Assembly (NCBI GenBank): GCA_951406725.2 | Contig: OX597836.1 | Coordinates: 27,156,001-27,220,000 of the forward strand | Length of the DNA stretch: 64,000 bases | Origin: Octopus vulgaris | Lineage: Eukaryota | Direction of reading: 5' to 3' | The notes under the pieces: model-generated | What the model saw: only the letters and a program-made list of their open reading frames with translations | Database searches by the model: none | Told to the model about the DNA's origin: nothing | Shown here: in pieces, positions 41,008 through 54,320 of the stretch | Position numbering within the stretch: the first letter of the stretch is position 1 | Layout of the letters: every line of letters begins with the position of its first letter | Program-made: the position numbers and the translations under genes

Positions 41008-41259
41008 GCAGTCGTGAGGTGTGATAATGTCCTACTTTGGCTGTAAAAACCCCCCAAAAAATCACTTCACAAAACACAGCAACACCACCTTCACCCACAC
41101 ATTGGTCATCATCACCATCATCATCATCACCATCGTCATTATCATCATCATCATTGTCATCAGCATCGTCATCATCATCATTATCACCACTGCCACCACC
41201 ACTACCACCACCACCACCATTATCACCACCCCCATCATCATCATTATCCTCATCCCAAC

Positions 41260-41290
<31 letters not shown>

Positions 41291-42761
41291 CAACAACAAC
41301 TCGCTTCTCTTTCTCTTACTTTCTTTTGCTTGCTTTGGTTGCAGGACTGTGGCCATGCTGGATCACTGCCTTGAAGGGTTTTAGTCAAACAAATTGCCCT
41401 CTCCCCCCATCACGCTGCTCATTTCCTTGTTAAGCCTGGTACTTATTCTTTTGGTCTCATTTTTGCCAAACGACTAAGTTAGAGGGATATAAATAAACCA
41501 ACGCTGGTTGCTAAATGGTGGGGTGGGGGCACACAACAAAACTATAAAGACACACACACACACACACACACAAACACATGCACATACAAATCCACACACA
41601 CACAGACAAACACACACACGTACAAACACACCCACACATGTGCAAAAATACACACACAAACATACATACAAGCATACACACACACAAACAGACATACAAA
41701 CACACACACATGTACAAACACACGCATGCACACATGCACAAACACACAAACACACGTACAAACACACACACGTACAAAAACATACATACAAACATACAAA
41801 CACACATACAAGCACACACACAAACACACACATACAAACACACACACAAGCACACATACAAACACACACAAACACACACACAAACATAAACACACTACAA
41901 ACACACTACACACACACACATGCATCATCAAAATCTCAAAACATGAAATGAAGTGTTTTGCTCAAGAACTCAATGCGTTGCCCAGTCCAGGAATCGAAAC
42001 CACAATGTTACAATTATGAGTCCAACACCCTACCCACTAAGCCACATGCCTCCACCAACTGTTAGGGTCCTAGCTGTGAGTTAATTAGCATGTGATGGAA
42101 GAAACTCTAGGCACAAACCTTCATTGCCTTGTGAGCACCTTGCAAAAAGAAGAGGATAAGAAATCAACCATGACTGCAAATCAAAGAATGTGATCTGAAG
42201 CCCTCTTTGACAGCCGTCTAGCAACTCAACTCCAGGGAAGGTGGACTCCTCCAGTCTTGTAAGGCAGTTCACCTTGGAGAAGGTCATTCCAATGTAAAAC
42301 CTACAACTTGCAGATGCCTTAGACTGCTGAGCCATTATGGTCAGAGCTCCAAGTCTGAAGACTGGAATCGGATTGTAGGATTGACTCACACTTTGAAACA
42401 ACTAAGTACAGGTAGTAAAGAAAAGACCCTGTCACATCAGGGATTGGTTTGCTTCACCATTTGAAGGCATCTCACTGTTCTTCATTGCAAATGTCTTAGC
42501 TCACTGAGCCATTATGGTCAGACCTCCAAGTCTGGAATTGGATTGCACAAGACTGACTCTTTCTTTAAAACTACTAAACATGGCAGGAAGAAAAGCAGTG
42601 TAGCCTCAAAGATTGGTTTGAATAACCAGTTGAGGACATGTTGCACTTCCTTATGACTTTCAGATATGAAGAATTGCCATCAGTCGTTGTCAATCAATAA
42701 TTAAGGCAGAGGGACATGAATGTCTTTAGATTTACATGGCAATATGAGATCCCCGTGTAAA

Positions 42762-43185
42762 TCATCATCATCGTTTAACGTCTGCTTTCCATGCTAGCAT
42801 GGGTTGGACGAATGACTGAGGGCTGGCAAATCAGATGGCTGCACCAGGCTTCAATCTTGATCTGGCAGAGTTTCTACAGCTGGATGCCCTTCCTAACACC
42901 AACCACTCCGAGAGTGTAGTGGATGCTTTTACGTGCTACCGGCACGGGGGCCAGTCAGGCGGTACTGGCAACGACCTCGCTCGAATCTTTTAAACATGCC
43001 ACCGGCACAGGTGCCAGTAAGGCGATGCTGGTAACGATCATGCTCAAATGGTGTCTTTTACGTCCCACCAGCACGGAGGCCAGATAGCCGCTCTGGCAAC
43101 GATCACGCTCGGATGGTGCTCTTATACCCTACTAGCACGGGGCTCGAGTGCCAGTAAGGCAACGCTGGTAATGATCACGCTCGGT
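42762..43185 (-). mobile_element. SINE-like family C
   Basis: Begins with (CAT)n-cgtttaacg; contains ggatgcccttcctaac. Confidence 0.7.
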
Positions 43186-43784
43186 AAAAATTGAACTAGT
43201 TGTTACTTTTGTTATTAGTATTGCTGATGAGGTCAAGTGTGACTGAGGAGACGTCAAGTTAAAGGTAGTCCATCTGTGACCATCCCGTCTGTAATGGCAA
43301 GTTGGCATGTGCGTCTTCTTTGTCTTTAAGACAGTGTGCAGTTTGAGGTAATTTGGTTTCTGTTTCTGGCATGTTAAGCAACCATGTAAAGCACCCCACC
43401 TCGCCACATCCAAATATTTGTTGGTTTGTGAGGTTGTTTGTGCATCTTAGAGATCAATAGATTAATAAATGGATCAATAGTCCTTCGTTTGAGAAACGGG
43501 GAGATAAGATGGATTTGTGTGTGGAGTCTATTGGATTTGGTTTCCAGCTTCCATATTGGTGTGGGCTGTTGAGATGAGGCGGGGGAAATGGTCAGTGATT
43601 TATAGAATGAGAGAGAGAGAGAGAGAGAGTGGGGAGGGGTAGATGTAGAGGAAGAAAATATATAAAAGAAAAGGAAACAGGACAAGAAAAGAAAGGGAGA
43701 GAAATTGAGTGTTTGGTATTGAAAAGGTAAAATAACGTGTGTGTGTATATATTTATATATTTATATATATAAATATATTTGTAT

Positions 43785-43834
<50 letters not shown>

Positions 43835-43860
43835 GTATACATATATATACACATATATAT

Positions 43861-43914
<54 letters not shown>

Positions 43915-44399
43915 CATATGTGTATGTATGTGTGTGTATATATGTATGTATATATATATGTGTGTGTGTGTGTATACACACAGACATATACAGAGAGAGG
44001 GGGAGGAGGGGAGAGGGGAGGGATAGAGAGGAAGGGGACAGAAAGGGGTGGAGAGAGAGAGAGACTGAGAAGAGAAGAGAGAGAATGTGTGGGATAATAA
44101 TGATGCGAAAATAGAGGCAAAGGGTGGGGGCGAAAGAAAGAGAAGGGTAGAGGTGGGGTAGGAGAAGGAGGAGGAGGAGAAGGAGAGGAAGAGGAAGATG
44201 AAGAAGAAGATGAAGAAGAAGAAGAAGCAGATGAAGATGAAGAAGAAGAAGAAGAAGAAGAAGAAGAAGAAGAAGAAGAAGAAGAAGAAGAAGAAAGTGA
44301 TTGATTCTGTTTAGTTTCTGAAAACAGGATTAAGTGTGGTATTGTTTTAGTTTGGTTGGCTGCTTGTTGTTGTTGTTGCTGTTGTTAGAGACATCTGTT

Positions 44400-44492
44400 G
44401 CCAGTGGACTGGTTCACTGGCAACAGCAGTAACAAGCACAACAACAATGGCAACAGCATAGGTGACAATGGCGGCGGCGGTGGTGGTATTGG

Positions 44493-44543
<51 letters not shown>

Positions 44544-44757
44544 CGATGATGATAGTGGTGGTGGTGGTGGTGGTAATGATGATGATGATGTTGATGACGA
44601 TGATGATAGTGGTGGTGGAGGTGGTGGTATTGATGATGATGATGATGATGATGATGATGACGATGGTGATAGTGGTGGTGGAGGTGGTGCTGATGGTGAT
44701 GATGAGGATGATGATGATGTTGATGACGATGATGATAGTGGTGGTGGAGGTGGTGGT

Positions 44758-44790
<33 letters not shown>

Positions 44791-45036
44791 TGATGATAGT
44801 GGTGGATGTGGTGGTGATGGTGATGATGATGATGATGATGATGATGTTGATGACGATGATGATAGTGGTGGTGGAGGTGGTGGTGATGGTGATGATGAGG
44901 ATGACGATGATGTTGATGACGATGATGATAGTGGTGGTGGTTGTGATGGTGATGATGAGGATGCTGATAATGATGATGATGATGATAATGATTATGTTGA
45001 TAATGATGATGATGGTTAGGAGGAGGATGGTGATGG

Positions 45037-45068
<32 letters not shown>

Positions 45069-45677
45069 AGGAGGAAGATGGTGATGGTGATGATGACGAT
45101 GGTGGCGATGGTGATGATGATGAGGATTTGCCTAGGGCTAAATAACAACAACAACAACAATAGCAATGACTAGTCTTTCAGTTACTACTATTAATTTTGA
45201 TGATGACAATGATGATGATGACAATGACGATGATGATGATGATGAGGATGATGATGATGATGATGTCAATGATGATGATATGATGATGATGATGATGATG
45301 ATGATGACGACGACGACGATGACAATGATAATGATGATGATGATGACAATGATGACAATGATGAAGTTGACGATGATGATGACAGTGATGATGATGACAA
45401 TGATGATGATGACAATGATGATGAAGATGACAATGAGGATGATGATGATGATGATGTCAATGATGATGATATGATGATGATGATGATGATGATGTTGATG
45501 ATGACGACGACAATGACAATGATGATGATGATGATGGCGATGATGATGATGATGAAGTTGACGATGATGACGACAGTGATGATGATGATGACAAAAACAA
45601 CACGAACAACAATTGATGCTGGTTGTAGCATCGATGGTGGGGGTGGGTATAGTGGTAGGACTGGCAGCAGTGGCCAT

Positions 45678-45712
<35 letters not shown>

Positions 45713-46242
45713 GTGGTGGTAGCTGATGGTGGTGATGATGTGCATGGTAGTGATGGCAGTGGTATGATGGTCAGTAGTGATGGTGTGTGTGTTTGTGTGG
45801 TCATGTTCGTGTTAGTGGTGGTGGTGGTGGTGGTAGTTGGTAGTAGTGCAGGTGACAGCACAAAGTGATGGTATTAAGAGTTCTACAGTGATGACAACTT
45901 TATCCTTGACACCACCACCATCACCATCACAAACACTACTACGACCGATACCGCCATCACCAATGCCACCACCACCACCACCACCACCACCACCACCACC
46001 ACTAACACTACTACTTCCACCATCACTACAACGACCTCCACCACTACCACCACCACAACCACCACTATCCTCACCACCACCACCACCACCACCACTATCA
46101 CCACCACCACCACCAACAACAACAACAGTATCCTGATATGTTCCCCAAATTGTCTGGCACTGTTGATGAGAATTTCATTGACACCAGAATTGTTAAAAAG
46201 CTTGCTTTTACCATATTTCCAGCTTGCCATCTTTTCCCATTG

Positions 46243-46282
<40 letters not shown>

Positions 46283-46378
46283 CCTCCTCATCATCATCAT
46301 CATCATCCTCATCCTCATCATCATCATCATCCTCATCACCATCATCATCATCATCCTCATCATCATCATCATCATCAT

Positions 46379-46432
<54 letters not shown>

Positions 46433-46442
46433 CATCACCATC

Positions 46443-46512
<70 letters not shown>

Positions 46513-46513
46513 C

Positions 46514-46560
<47 letters not shown>

Positions 46561-46561
46561 A

Positions 46562-46597
<36 letters not shown>

Positions 46598-46605
46598 CAT
46601 CATCC

Positions 46606-46637
<32 letters not shown>

Positions 46638-46730
46638 GTCGTCGTCGTTGTCATTGTTGCTGCTGTTGTCAATAGCAGCAGCAGCAGCATCTCTGTCATC
46701 ACCATCACCATCGTCCTCAGCATCATCATT
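44400..46730. repeat. (GAT/GGT)n block followed by a complementary (CAC/CAT)n block
   Basis: 44470-45600 is GAT-rich; 45910-46110 is CAC-rich; 46243-46640 is CAT-rich. Confidence 0.9.
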
Positions 46731-46936
46731 CCTGTCTTTGCTTCAAACTGTCAGTTGTTCCAATACTCCAAAGCTGGAATCAATAGTGCAAAATTTACCA
46801 TTTCCTCGATGGAATAAAGTGAGGTATTATTAATTGTTCCATAGAAATGCCAGCTGGAATTACAGCTTGCTTAGCCTGGCTTACCATGTCTGTTATATAT
46901 ATACATATATATATATATACATACATATATATATAT

Positions 46937-47050
<114 letters not shown>

Positions 47051-47158
47051 CAGAGAGAGAGAGAGACAGAGAGAGAAGAGAACTATGCATGCATATATAT
47101 ATATATATATATATAGGTATATTTATACACACATTTACATACACACATACATATATAC

Positions 47159-47200
<42 letters not shown>

Positions 47201-47260
47201 CATATGTATACATATATGCATATATGTATATATATGTGTGTATATATGTATATATATGTG

Positions 47261-47304
<44 letters not shown>

Positions 47305-47571
47305 CATATATACACATATATCAGAATAAAGAATATACATATATATATATACACACATGTATATACATATATATATATACATATATGCATATATGTATAC
47401 ATATATATATATGTATGTATGTATATATATATATCTATATTTATATATATATATATATGTTAAGAGAGAAGGAGAGAGAGAGAGAGAGAATTGGAATGAT
47501 ATGTTAATGTGTGTATGCATATTGTACATATATGTGTGTGCATGTGTGTATGTTTGTAATTGCATGCATGG

Positions 47572-47605
<34 letters not shown>

Positions 47606-47909
47606 ATATGAACCTCGATAATATTGATCAGTTATCCTTTAATACATTAAAATTATTCCTGAAAACTGTTAAGAGCCAAAGGCTTTGATTTTGTTTTGTA
47701 TTTATTGTTCATTGAATATTCACAGCACCAATAATTTCTGTTCTATAATAAATGGAATTCACCATTCCACAGAACTATGTAGAATATTCAATATGTCTCT
47801 ATTCTTTAATTTCTCTCTGTTTTTTTTTTTTCTTTTTTCCGTTCATTCTACTGATGATTGTTTTGTCCCACATGAAACCTATTAGGTCTGGCAATATTTC
47901 AACAGTTAA

Positions 47910-48130
47910 GGTGGCAAGCTGGCAGAATCGTTAGTATGCTGGGTGAAATGCTTAGCGGTATTTTGTCTGCCATTACATTCTGAGTTCAAATTGCGCCAAG
48001 GTCGACTTTGCCATTCATCCTTTCAGGGGTCGATTAAATAAATACCAGTTATGCACTGGGGTCGATGTAATCAATTTAATGCATTTTCCTGTCCTCTGTA
48101 CATTTAGTCCCCTGTGGGCAATAAAGAAAT
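47910..48130 (+). mobile_element. SINE family B with 16-bp TSD
   Basis: aatatttcaacagtta on both sides. Confidence 0.8.
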
Positions 48131-48376
48131 ATTTCAACAGTTATATGTATACCACCATAAAATATGGCAGTTACAAATGTAGTCGATAGGGCAAGAGCTC
48201 TGCATATTTTTTTTAGAAAGAATCCATTATTTATTTCCACAAACTATATTTACTTGTGTATAAGTTGCACCCTTAATGCAACATTAAATCCTGGTACAAA
48301 ATTTTGTCCCTTCATATTGAAACTTAATCTCAGCTTTTTCCCCATCTGCAAGTCAAACACCAGTTTTTTTTATTTA

Positions 48377-48548
48377 GGCGCTGGAGTGGCTGTGTGGTAA
48401 GTAGCTTGCTTACCAACCATATAGTTCTGGATTCAGTCCCACTGCGTGGCACCCTGTGCAAAAGTGTCTTCTACTATAGCCTTGGGCCAACCAAAGCCTT
48501 GTGAGTGGATTTGGTAGATGGAAACTGAAAAAACCCGTCGTACATATA

Positions 48549-48583
<35 letters not shown>

Positions 48584-48787
48584 TTGTGTGACTGTGTTTG
48601 TCCACCCAATGTCGCCTGACAACCGATTCTGGTGTGTCTACGCCCCTGTCACTTAGCGGTTCAGCAAGAGAGATCAATAGAATTAGGCTTACAAAGAATA
48701 AGTCCTGGGGTCGATTTGCTCAACTAAAGGCAGTGCTCCAGCATGGCCACAGTCAAATGGCTGAAACAAATAAAAGAATAAAAGAAT
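48377..48787 (+). mobile_element. SINE family A, full length
   Basis: Matches the consensus. Confidence 0.85.
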
Positions 48788-48791
48788 GAAA

Positions 48792-49063
48792 TTATTTACA
48801 TTCGACGGATATTTGTCCTCATCTTGTTTGTTGTTAACACAATGTTTCAGCTGATATACCCCCCAGCCATCATCAGGTGTCTTGGAGAAATTTCGAACCT
48901 GGGTTCTCATTCCTAAGGTATTTTTCGACATTATTATTATTAGGAATGAGAACACAGGTTCGAAATTTCTCCAAGATACCTGATGAAAGCTGGAGGGTAT
49001 AACAGTCAAAATGTTGTGTTAACAAACAAAATGAGGACAAATATCTGTCAAATGTAAATAATG
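48792..49063. mobile_element. Penelope-like pLTR palindrome with two degenerate hammerhead motifs
   Basis: Inverted arms of ~125 bp around ~48916-48940; motifs at 48836-48881 (-) and 48975-49020 (+). Confidence 0.65.
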
Positions 49064-49217
49064 TAGATAATTCCTCATCTCTTAAATACTGAACCAGTTA
49101 TTTTTTTTTGTGAAAATCAAGTATAAAACAGCGTGACTTATACACAAGTGAAATATGGTAATTTAGCACATAATTCTGTTTCTACATGTTCTGGTATAAA
49201 TTCTTGTCCAATTTCAG

Positions 49218-49298
49218 GCCCTTTTTGCCAACAGACCAGCCCTTTCATCATTCCCACCTAAAGAATGGGTCAGCAAATTAAACAAGACGTTAATGTCG
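49218..49298 (+). CDS. ABAT: ABAT exon (ALFANRPALSSFPPKEWVSKLNKTLMS)
   Basis: 81 nt, ag/gt; matches [27 protein letters not shown]. Confidence 0.93.
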
Positions 49299-49384
49299 GT
49301 AAGTAATTCATTCCAAATCAGCATCATCATCATCATCATCAGATTATGCATTAAATGTTAAATGGAATTTAAAAAACAGCTGGA

Positions 49385-49775
49385 TTGGCTGTGTGGTAAG
49401 TAGCTTGCTAACCAACCACATGGTTCCGGGTTCAGTCCCACTGCGTGGCATCTTGGGCAAGTGTCTTCTGCTATAGCCCCGGGCCGACCAATGCCTTGTG
49501 AGTAGATTTGGTAGACGGAAACTGAAAGAAGCCCGTCGTATATATGTATATATATAAGTGTGTGTGTATATGTTTGTGTTTGTCCCCCTAGCATTGCTTG
49601 ACAACTGAATCTGGTGTGTTTACGTCCCCGTCCATTTGCGGTTCGGCAAAAGAGACCAATAGAATAAGTACTGGGCTTACAAAGAATAAGTCCCGAGGTC
49701 GATTTGCTCGACTAAAGGCGGTGCTCCAGCATGGCTGCAATCAAATGACTGAAACAAGTAAAAGGGTAAAAGAGT
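49385..49775 (+). mobile_element. SINE family A
   Basis: Matches the consensus. Confidence 0.85.
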
Positions 49776-49799
49776 ATATCTCAGTTTAGTGTAGCAGTT

Positions 49800-50175
49800 T
49801 AGTGAATCTGTAATCTGGTGGACAACCAACAGAAAGTTTAGTAAATGACAACCATTTCTGACTCTTTCCGAAGTTCCTGGCAAGGAGTCACACAAGTCCT
49901 TCCAGCAGCAACCCTCTCCATCCAGCCAGTGTTTGGCCACAGTCTCCAGCAGCATTGCATAGCTGTCCGAATTGAGCTTAAGGCCCTGTGCAGCAATGTG
50001 TGTGTGTGTGTGGGGGGGGGTGTGGAATTTCAGCATGCAGATATGGTCAGAATGCCCACTGTGTCCCTTCCTGCTGATCATCGCTTCATAGTCTCCATTG
50101 CAGCTGTTCATGTTGTAACAGGATCTGGAATCGGTATCACTGAAGGGGTGTCCGATCTGATCCCATCACATTCAA
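49800..50175 (-). pseudogene. Internally deleted Tc1/mariner-like transposase remnant
   Basis: CNGDYEAMISRKGHS..GLKLNSDSYAMLLETVAKHWLD and a frameshifted KSQKWLS-like segment. Confidence 0.5.
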
Positions 50176-50444
50176 TTTAGTTAGATATAACAGACGAAGT
50201 CAGGTTATCTGGGAAAGACATCAAATTGTTGTTTATTACTCGTGATAGTGCGTGTATTTTCTGAGGGGAAACGACAGCCAAATCTTTGTACTGCTTCTTG
50301 TTGGTTGATTGAAGTGATTCGATGTGGTCCGTTGCTAAGCCGGTGTAGAGTTCCCAGAGACTACCAAATGCACGTCTGTTCACAAGGGCTGAAAGGGCCA
50401 GAGAGAGTGAGTGAGTGGACTGTGGTTTTAGGGGTCAGTTTCCC

Positions 50445-50507
50445 GCACATGCGCATGGGGAAGACTTCCGGTGGCCACCCGGAAGTAGTCCCATTCTGCG
50501 CATGCGC
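50445..50507. promoter_or_regulatory. GC-rich palindrome with paired NRF1-like and ETS-like motifs
   Basis: gcacatgcgca-tggggaag-ACTTCCGG-tggccac-CCGGAAGT-agtcccattc-tGCGCATGCGC. Confidence 0.4.
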
Positions 50508-50760
50508 GCTGAACCTTACACAGCAGCATCACTACAATGTCATGTCTTACAGCTTTGGGGTTGACAGAACGGACAGTACCAGAGTTAGTGGACATGGTGG
50601 TTTCATGTGACTGGGATTAAGTTTGTATTTGGTGTGTATGTGTACAAGATGTTTGGGTTAAATTTAACTATTTTCTGTATGTCCCTGTTTTTTTTTTGTG
50701 AGGAACGGCTTGATGTACTGGTAAAGAGTCAACGATGCTGGAGAGCATGAAGATTAAGAT

Positions 50761-51603
50761 TAACCCTTTGGCATGTAAACCAGCCATATCTGGCCAAAAT
50801 GTTCTATCTATTTTTTGTTCAAACCAGTCAAATCTGACCTCTTACAGCTACACGATTCAACAGCAGACATGATGTCAGCATTTTGACACCCTGCATGAAT
50901 CACCACCATACAGATAACACTTTTCCAATATTCAGATGGCTTCCAGTCCTCCATGTCAGCTCACATTTTCTCAACTGTAACTTTAACCCTTTGTCAAATG
51001 TGATGTTTATTCATTGACATTGTTTTAAATTAGTTGGTGGAGGCGCAATGGCCCAGTGGTTAGGGCGGCAGACTCGCGGTCATAGGATCGCGGTTTCGAT
51101 TCCCAGACCGGGCGTTGTGAGTGTTTATTGAGCGAAAACACCTAAAAAAGCTCCACGAGGCTCCGGCAGGGGATGGTGGTGATTCCTGCAGTACTCTTTC
51201 ACCACAGCTTTCTCTCACTCTTACTTCCTGTTTCTGTTGTACCTGTATTTCAAGGGGCCGGCCTTGTCACTCTCTGTGTCACGCTGAATATCCCCGAGAA
51301 CTACGTTAAGGGTGCACGTGTCTGTGGAGTTCTCAGCCACTTACACGTTAATTTTACGAGCAGGCTGTTCCGTTGATTCGGATCAACCGGAACCCTCATC
51401 GTCGTAACCGACGGAGTGCTTCCATCCATCCATTTAAATTAGTCATGAATTATCTCATAATTTCAAAATTCCAATCATTTGATTGTTTTAATTTTAGAAT
51501 GACAATATAAGGCAGCCGTGAGAGGTCAGATATGGCTGGTTTGAACACAAAACAGGTAGAATATTTTGACCAGATATGGCAGGTTTAAATGCCAAAGAGT
51601 TAA
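50761..51603. mobile_element. piggyBac-like MITE with ~85-bp TIRs, interrupted by a SINE
   Basis: ttaaccctttggcatgtaaaccagccatatctgg ... ccagatatggcaggtttaaatgccaaagagttaa; related copy at 61692-61921. Confidence 0.65.
51039..51432 (+). mobile_element. tRNA-derived SINE, family D
   Basis: tRNA-like head tggcccagtggttaggg..gtttcgattccc, (CCAT)n end, TSD tttaaattagt. Confidence 0.8.
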
Positions 51604-52097
51604 TCTCTGACACCATTGATTGTTCACTAGTACATCAAACCATCCCTGAAAAGTACGGGACTTACAAAAAGATTGTTAAATTTAACTCGAACATCCTGTA
51701 CACATATCGTCACTTAGCGGTTTGGCAAAAGAGACCGATAGAATAAGTACTGGGCTTACAAAGAATAAGTCCCAGGGTCGATTTGCTCGACTAAAGGCAG
51801 TTCTCCAGAATGGCCACAGTCAAATGACTGAAACAAGTAAAAGAGTAAAAGAGTATATCCACCAAATACCAGCTTATCCCCAGCCACATCAAACCATTAT
51901 GTCCACTAGCTCTGGTACTGTCCCTTCTGTTAACCCCAAATAATACGCTCCCCTTCACTTAGCCCCTATCCTCATCAAATTCATGAATCTCTCTTCTCTC
52001 TACAAGCATTTACTCCAGTCTTTACCTGCAACTCTTTACCCTATCCCCAATTGCCCAGAAAGATAACTCTACTTTTACTTTCATTTTTGTTTTTTAG

Positions 52098-52190
52098 ATG
52101 GCACCACCTAATTTAACTCATGTTCAGACAATGGCATGTGGAGCATGCTCTGTGGAAAACTGCTTAAAATCCATGTTTATGGTGTACCAG
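52098..52190 (+). CDS. ABAT: ABAT exon (MAPPNLTHVQTMACGACSVENCLKSMFMVYQ)
   Basis: 93 nt; contains the CGxC [2Fe-2S] ligand pair. Confidence 0.95.
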
Positions 52191-52347
52191 GTACTTGTTT
52201 ACGCTTTCACTGCTGGAAGCTTTGTTTCAGATTCTTTTGATGATTTGCATGTGTGTGTGTGTGTGTTTTGTGTATGTGTATGTGTGTTTTGTATGTGTGT
52301 TTGTTTTGTGCATGTGTGTGTGTTGTGTTTTGTGTGTGTGTATTGTG

Positions 52348-52385
<38 letters not shown>

Positions 52386-52453
52386 GTGTGCGAGTGTGTG
52401 AGTGTTGTTGTGTATATGTGTATCTGTGCGTGTTCGTGTTCATGTGTGTTATT

Positions 52454-52505
<52 letters not shown>

Positions 52506-53128
52506 GCACATCCAGTTTTATTGTTATTTTGAATGTTGCAGGCTGCTGTAATTGTCCTGAGAAATCATTATGTGTAAAGACGTTAAGTACAATAAAAAGC
52601 ACAGATTATAGAGGCTGATGAAAATTTTGTCAGCACTGGTAGATGGGTCTGTTGTATCACATGCTTTCAGCATAATTTGTACATCGTCAGCAGCAGATAC
52701 TTAAGCACTGAAGGCCAGATCAAAAATTCATTTAACTGACTTAGTTTAACAATGACTAAACAGAAAGTGATGTCACTGAAATGAAAGCAGACTTTGTAGC
52801 AAATGTTAATTAGCACATCTAATTTTACCTGGACGTGTTGTTTTGAATGTTCTAGTCTGCACTAATCATCTTAAGAACTCATCAGCCGAAGCCGATGACC
52901 AGCACCAAAGGGAGATAATCCCCATTGTTTATATCTGTATCATTTTCCCTCCATATTTTAAAGAGGCCATAGGCCAACAGGTCTTATGGTCACAAGATAT
53001 GCCATAAAGGTACCCTTTATGGCAAGATACCCAGGGTGACCCTATAAACCCTTCACCAGTAATAGACTGCTCTACTTCTTAGAGTGTGCTTCTTCTCTGG
53101 ATTTATGTTTATTTAATAATAATAATAA

Positions 53129-53175
<47 letters not shown>

Positions 53176-53184
53176 GTATATATA

Positions 53185-53270
<86 letters not shown>

Positions 53271-53273
<3 letters not shown>

Positions 53274-53617
53274 GGGGATCGGGACCCCTTTTGGTCACAG
53301 CACTGACCATGGGATTGCACCTAGAAAGTTACCCTCCTAGTCACAAGTCTGGGCAAGGTGGTTTATGGAAGACCAGCAGTCACCCATGCATACCGGCCTC
53401 CCCTCTCCACGCCACCAGTGTTATCCAAGGCAAAGGCAGCAGCCGATACAGCTTGGCACCCGTGACGTCGCAACTCATTTCTACAGCTGAGTTAACTGGA
53501 GCAACGTGAAATAAAGTGTCTTACTCATGAACACAATACGCAGTCTGGTCCAGGATTCGAGCTCACAACCTCACGATCGTAAGCTTGACGCTCTAACCTC
53601 TGAGCTATGTGCCTTCA
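53271..53617 (-). mobile_element. tRNA-derived SINE, family E
   Basis: Minus-strand head tagctcagaggttagagcgtcaagc..gagctcgaatcc; related fragment at 5300-5450. Confidence 0.7.
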
Positions 53618-53901
53618 CACATATATATATATATATATATATATGTACTGTACAGGTGCACAGTGTGCCACATGTCAAGTGTTGAAGTGATTGCAGAGTT
53701 TTGTGAAAGAAAGTGGCTTTTTCTTTTTTAGAATACAACACACTGCCTGGTCTGGGAAGTGAAACTAAGATCCTGCAATTGTGAGTGCAACATCCTTACC
53801 ACAAGGCCACGTACCTTCACATAACTTTGTATATGATTGCGCATATAATACTTCATATGATTTTTTTGGTGCCAATGGAATATTCTGGTTTGTTATTTCA
53901 G

Positions 53902-54028
53902 AGACAGAAGAGGAAAGGTCAGCCGCCATCAGCTGAGGAACTGCAATCATGCTTGGTGAATGAACCACCAGGTTCCCCTGACCTATCCATTCTATCTTTC
54001 AGGAACTCTTTCCACGGCAGAACGATGG
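53902..54028 (+). CDS. ABAT: ABAT exon (RQKRKGQPPSAEELQSCLVNEPPGSPDLSILSFRNSFHGRTM)
   Basis: 127 nt; FHGRT motif. Confidence 0.95.
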
Positions 54029-54087
54029 GTAAGTAATAGGGGCAGGTAAAGCATTTCCAGAAGGATGCAACTGGTGGAGAAGAATAA

Positions 54088-54320
54088 GGCGGCGAGCTGG
54101 CAGAAGCGTTAGCACGCTGGGCGAAATGCTTTGCGGTATTTCGTCTGCCGTTACGTTGTGAGTTCAAATTCCGCCGAGGTCGACTTTGCCTTTCATCCTT
54201 TCAGGGTCGATAAATTAAGCACCAGTTTCACACTGGGGTCGATGTAATCGACTTAATACCTATGTCTGTCCTTGTTTGTCCCCTCTATGTATAGCCCCTT
54301 GTGGGTAATAAAGAAATAGG
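54088..54320 (+). mobile_element. SINE family B
   Basis: Consensus match, TSD ggagaagaa. Confidence 0.8.

Noticed and set aside
43224-43260. CTGATGA-ggtc..gact-gaggagacgtc
   Set aside because: GAAA is disrupted and there is no stem I.
44398-46833. Poly-D/G, poly-M, poly-H and poly-S ORFs
   Set aside because: Intronic trinucleotide repeats, open in several frames.
51039-51115. tRNA gene-like sequence
   Set aside because: It is the head of a SINE with body, tail and TSD, not a proper cloverleaf.
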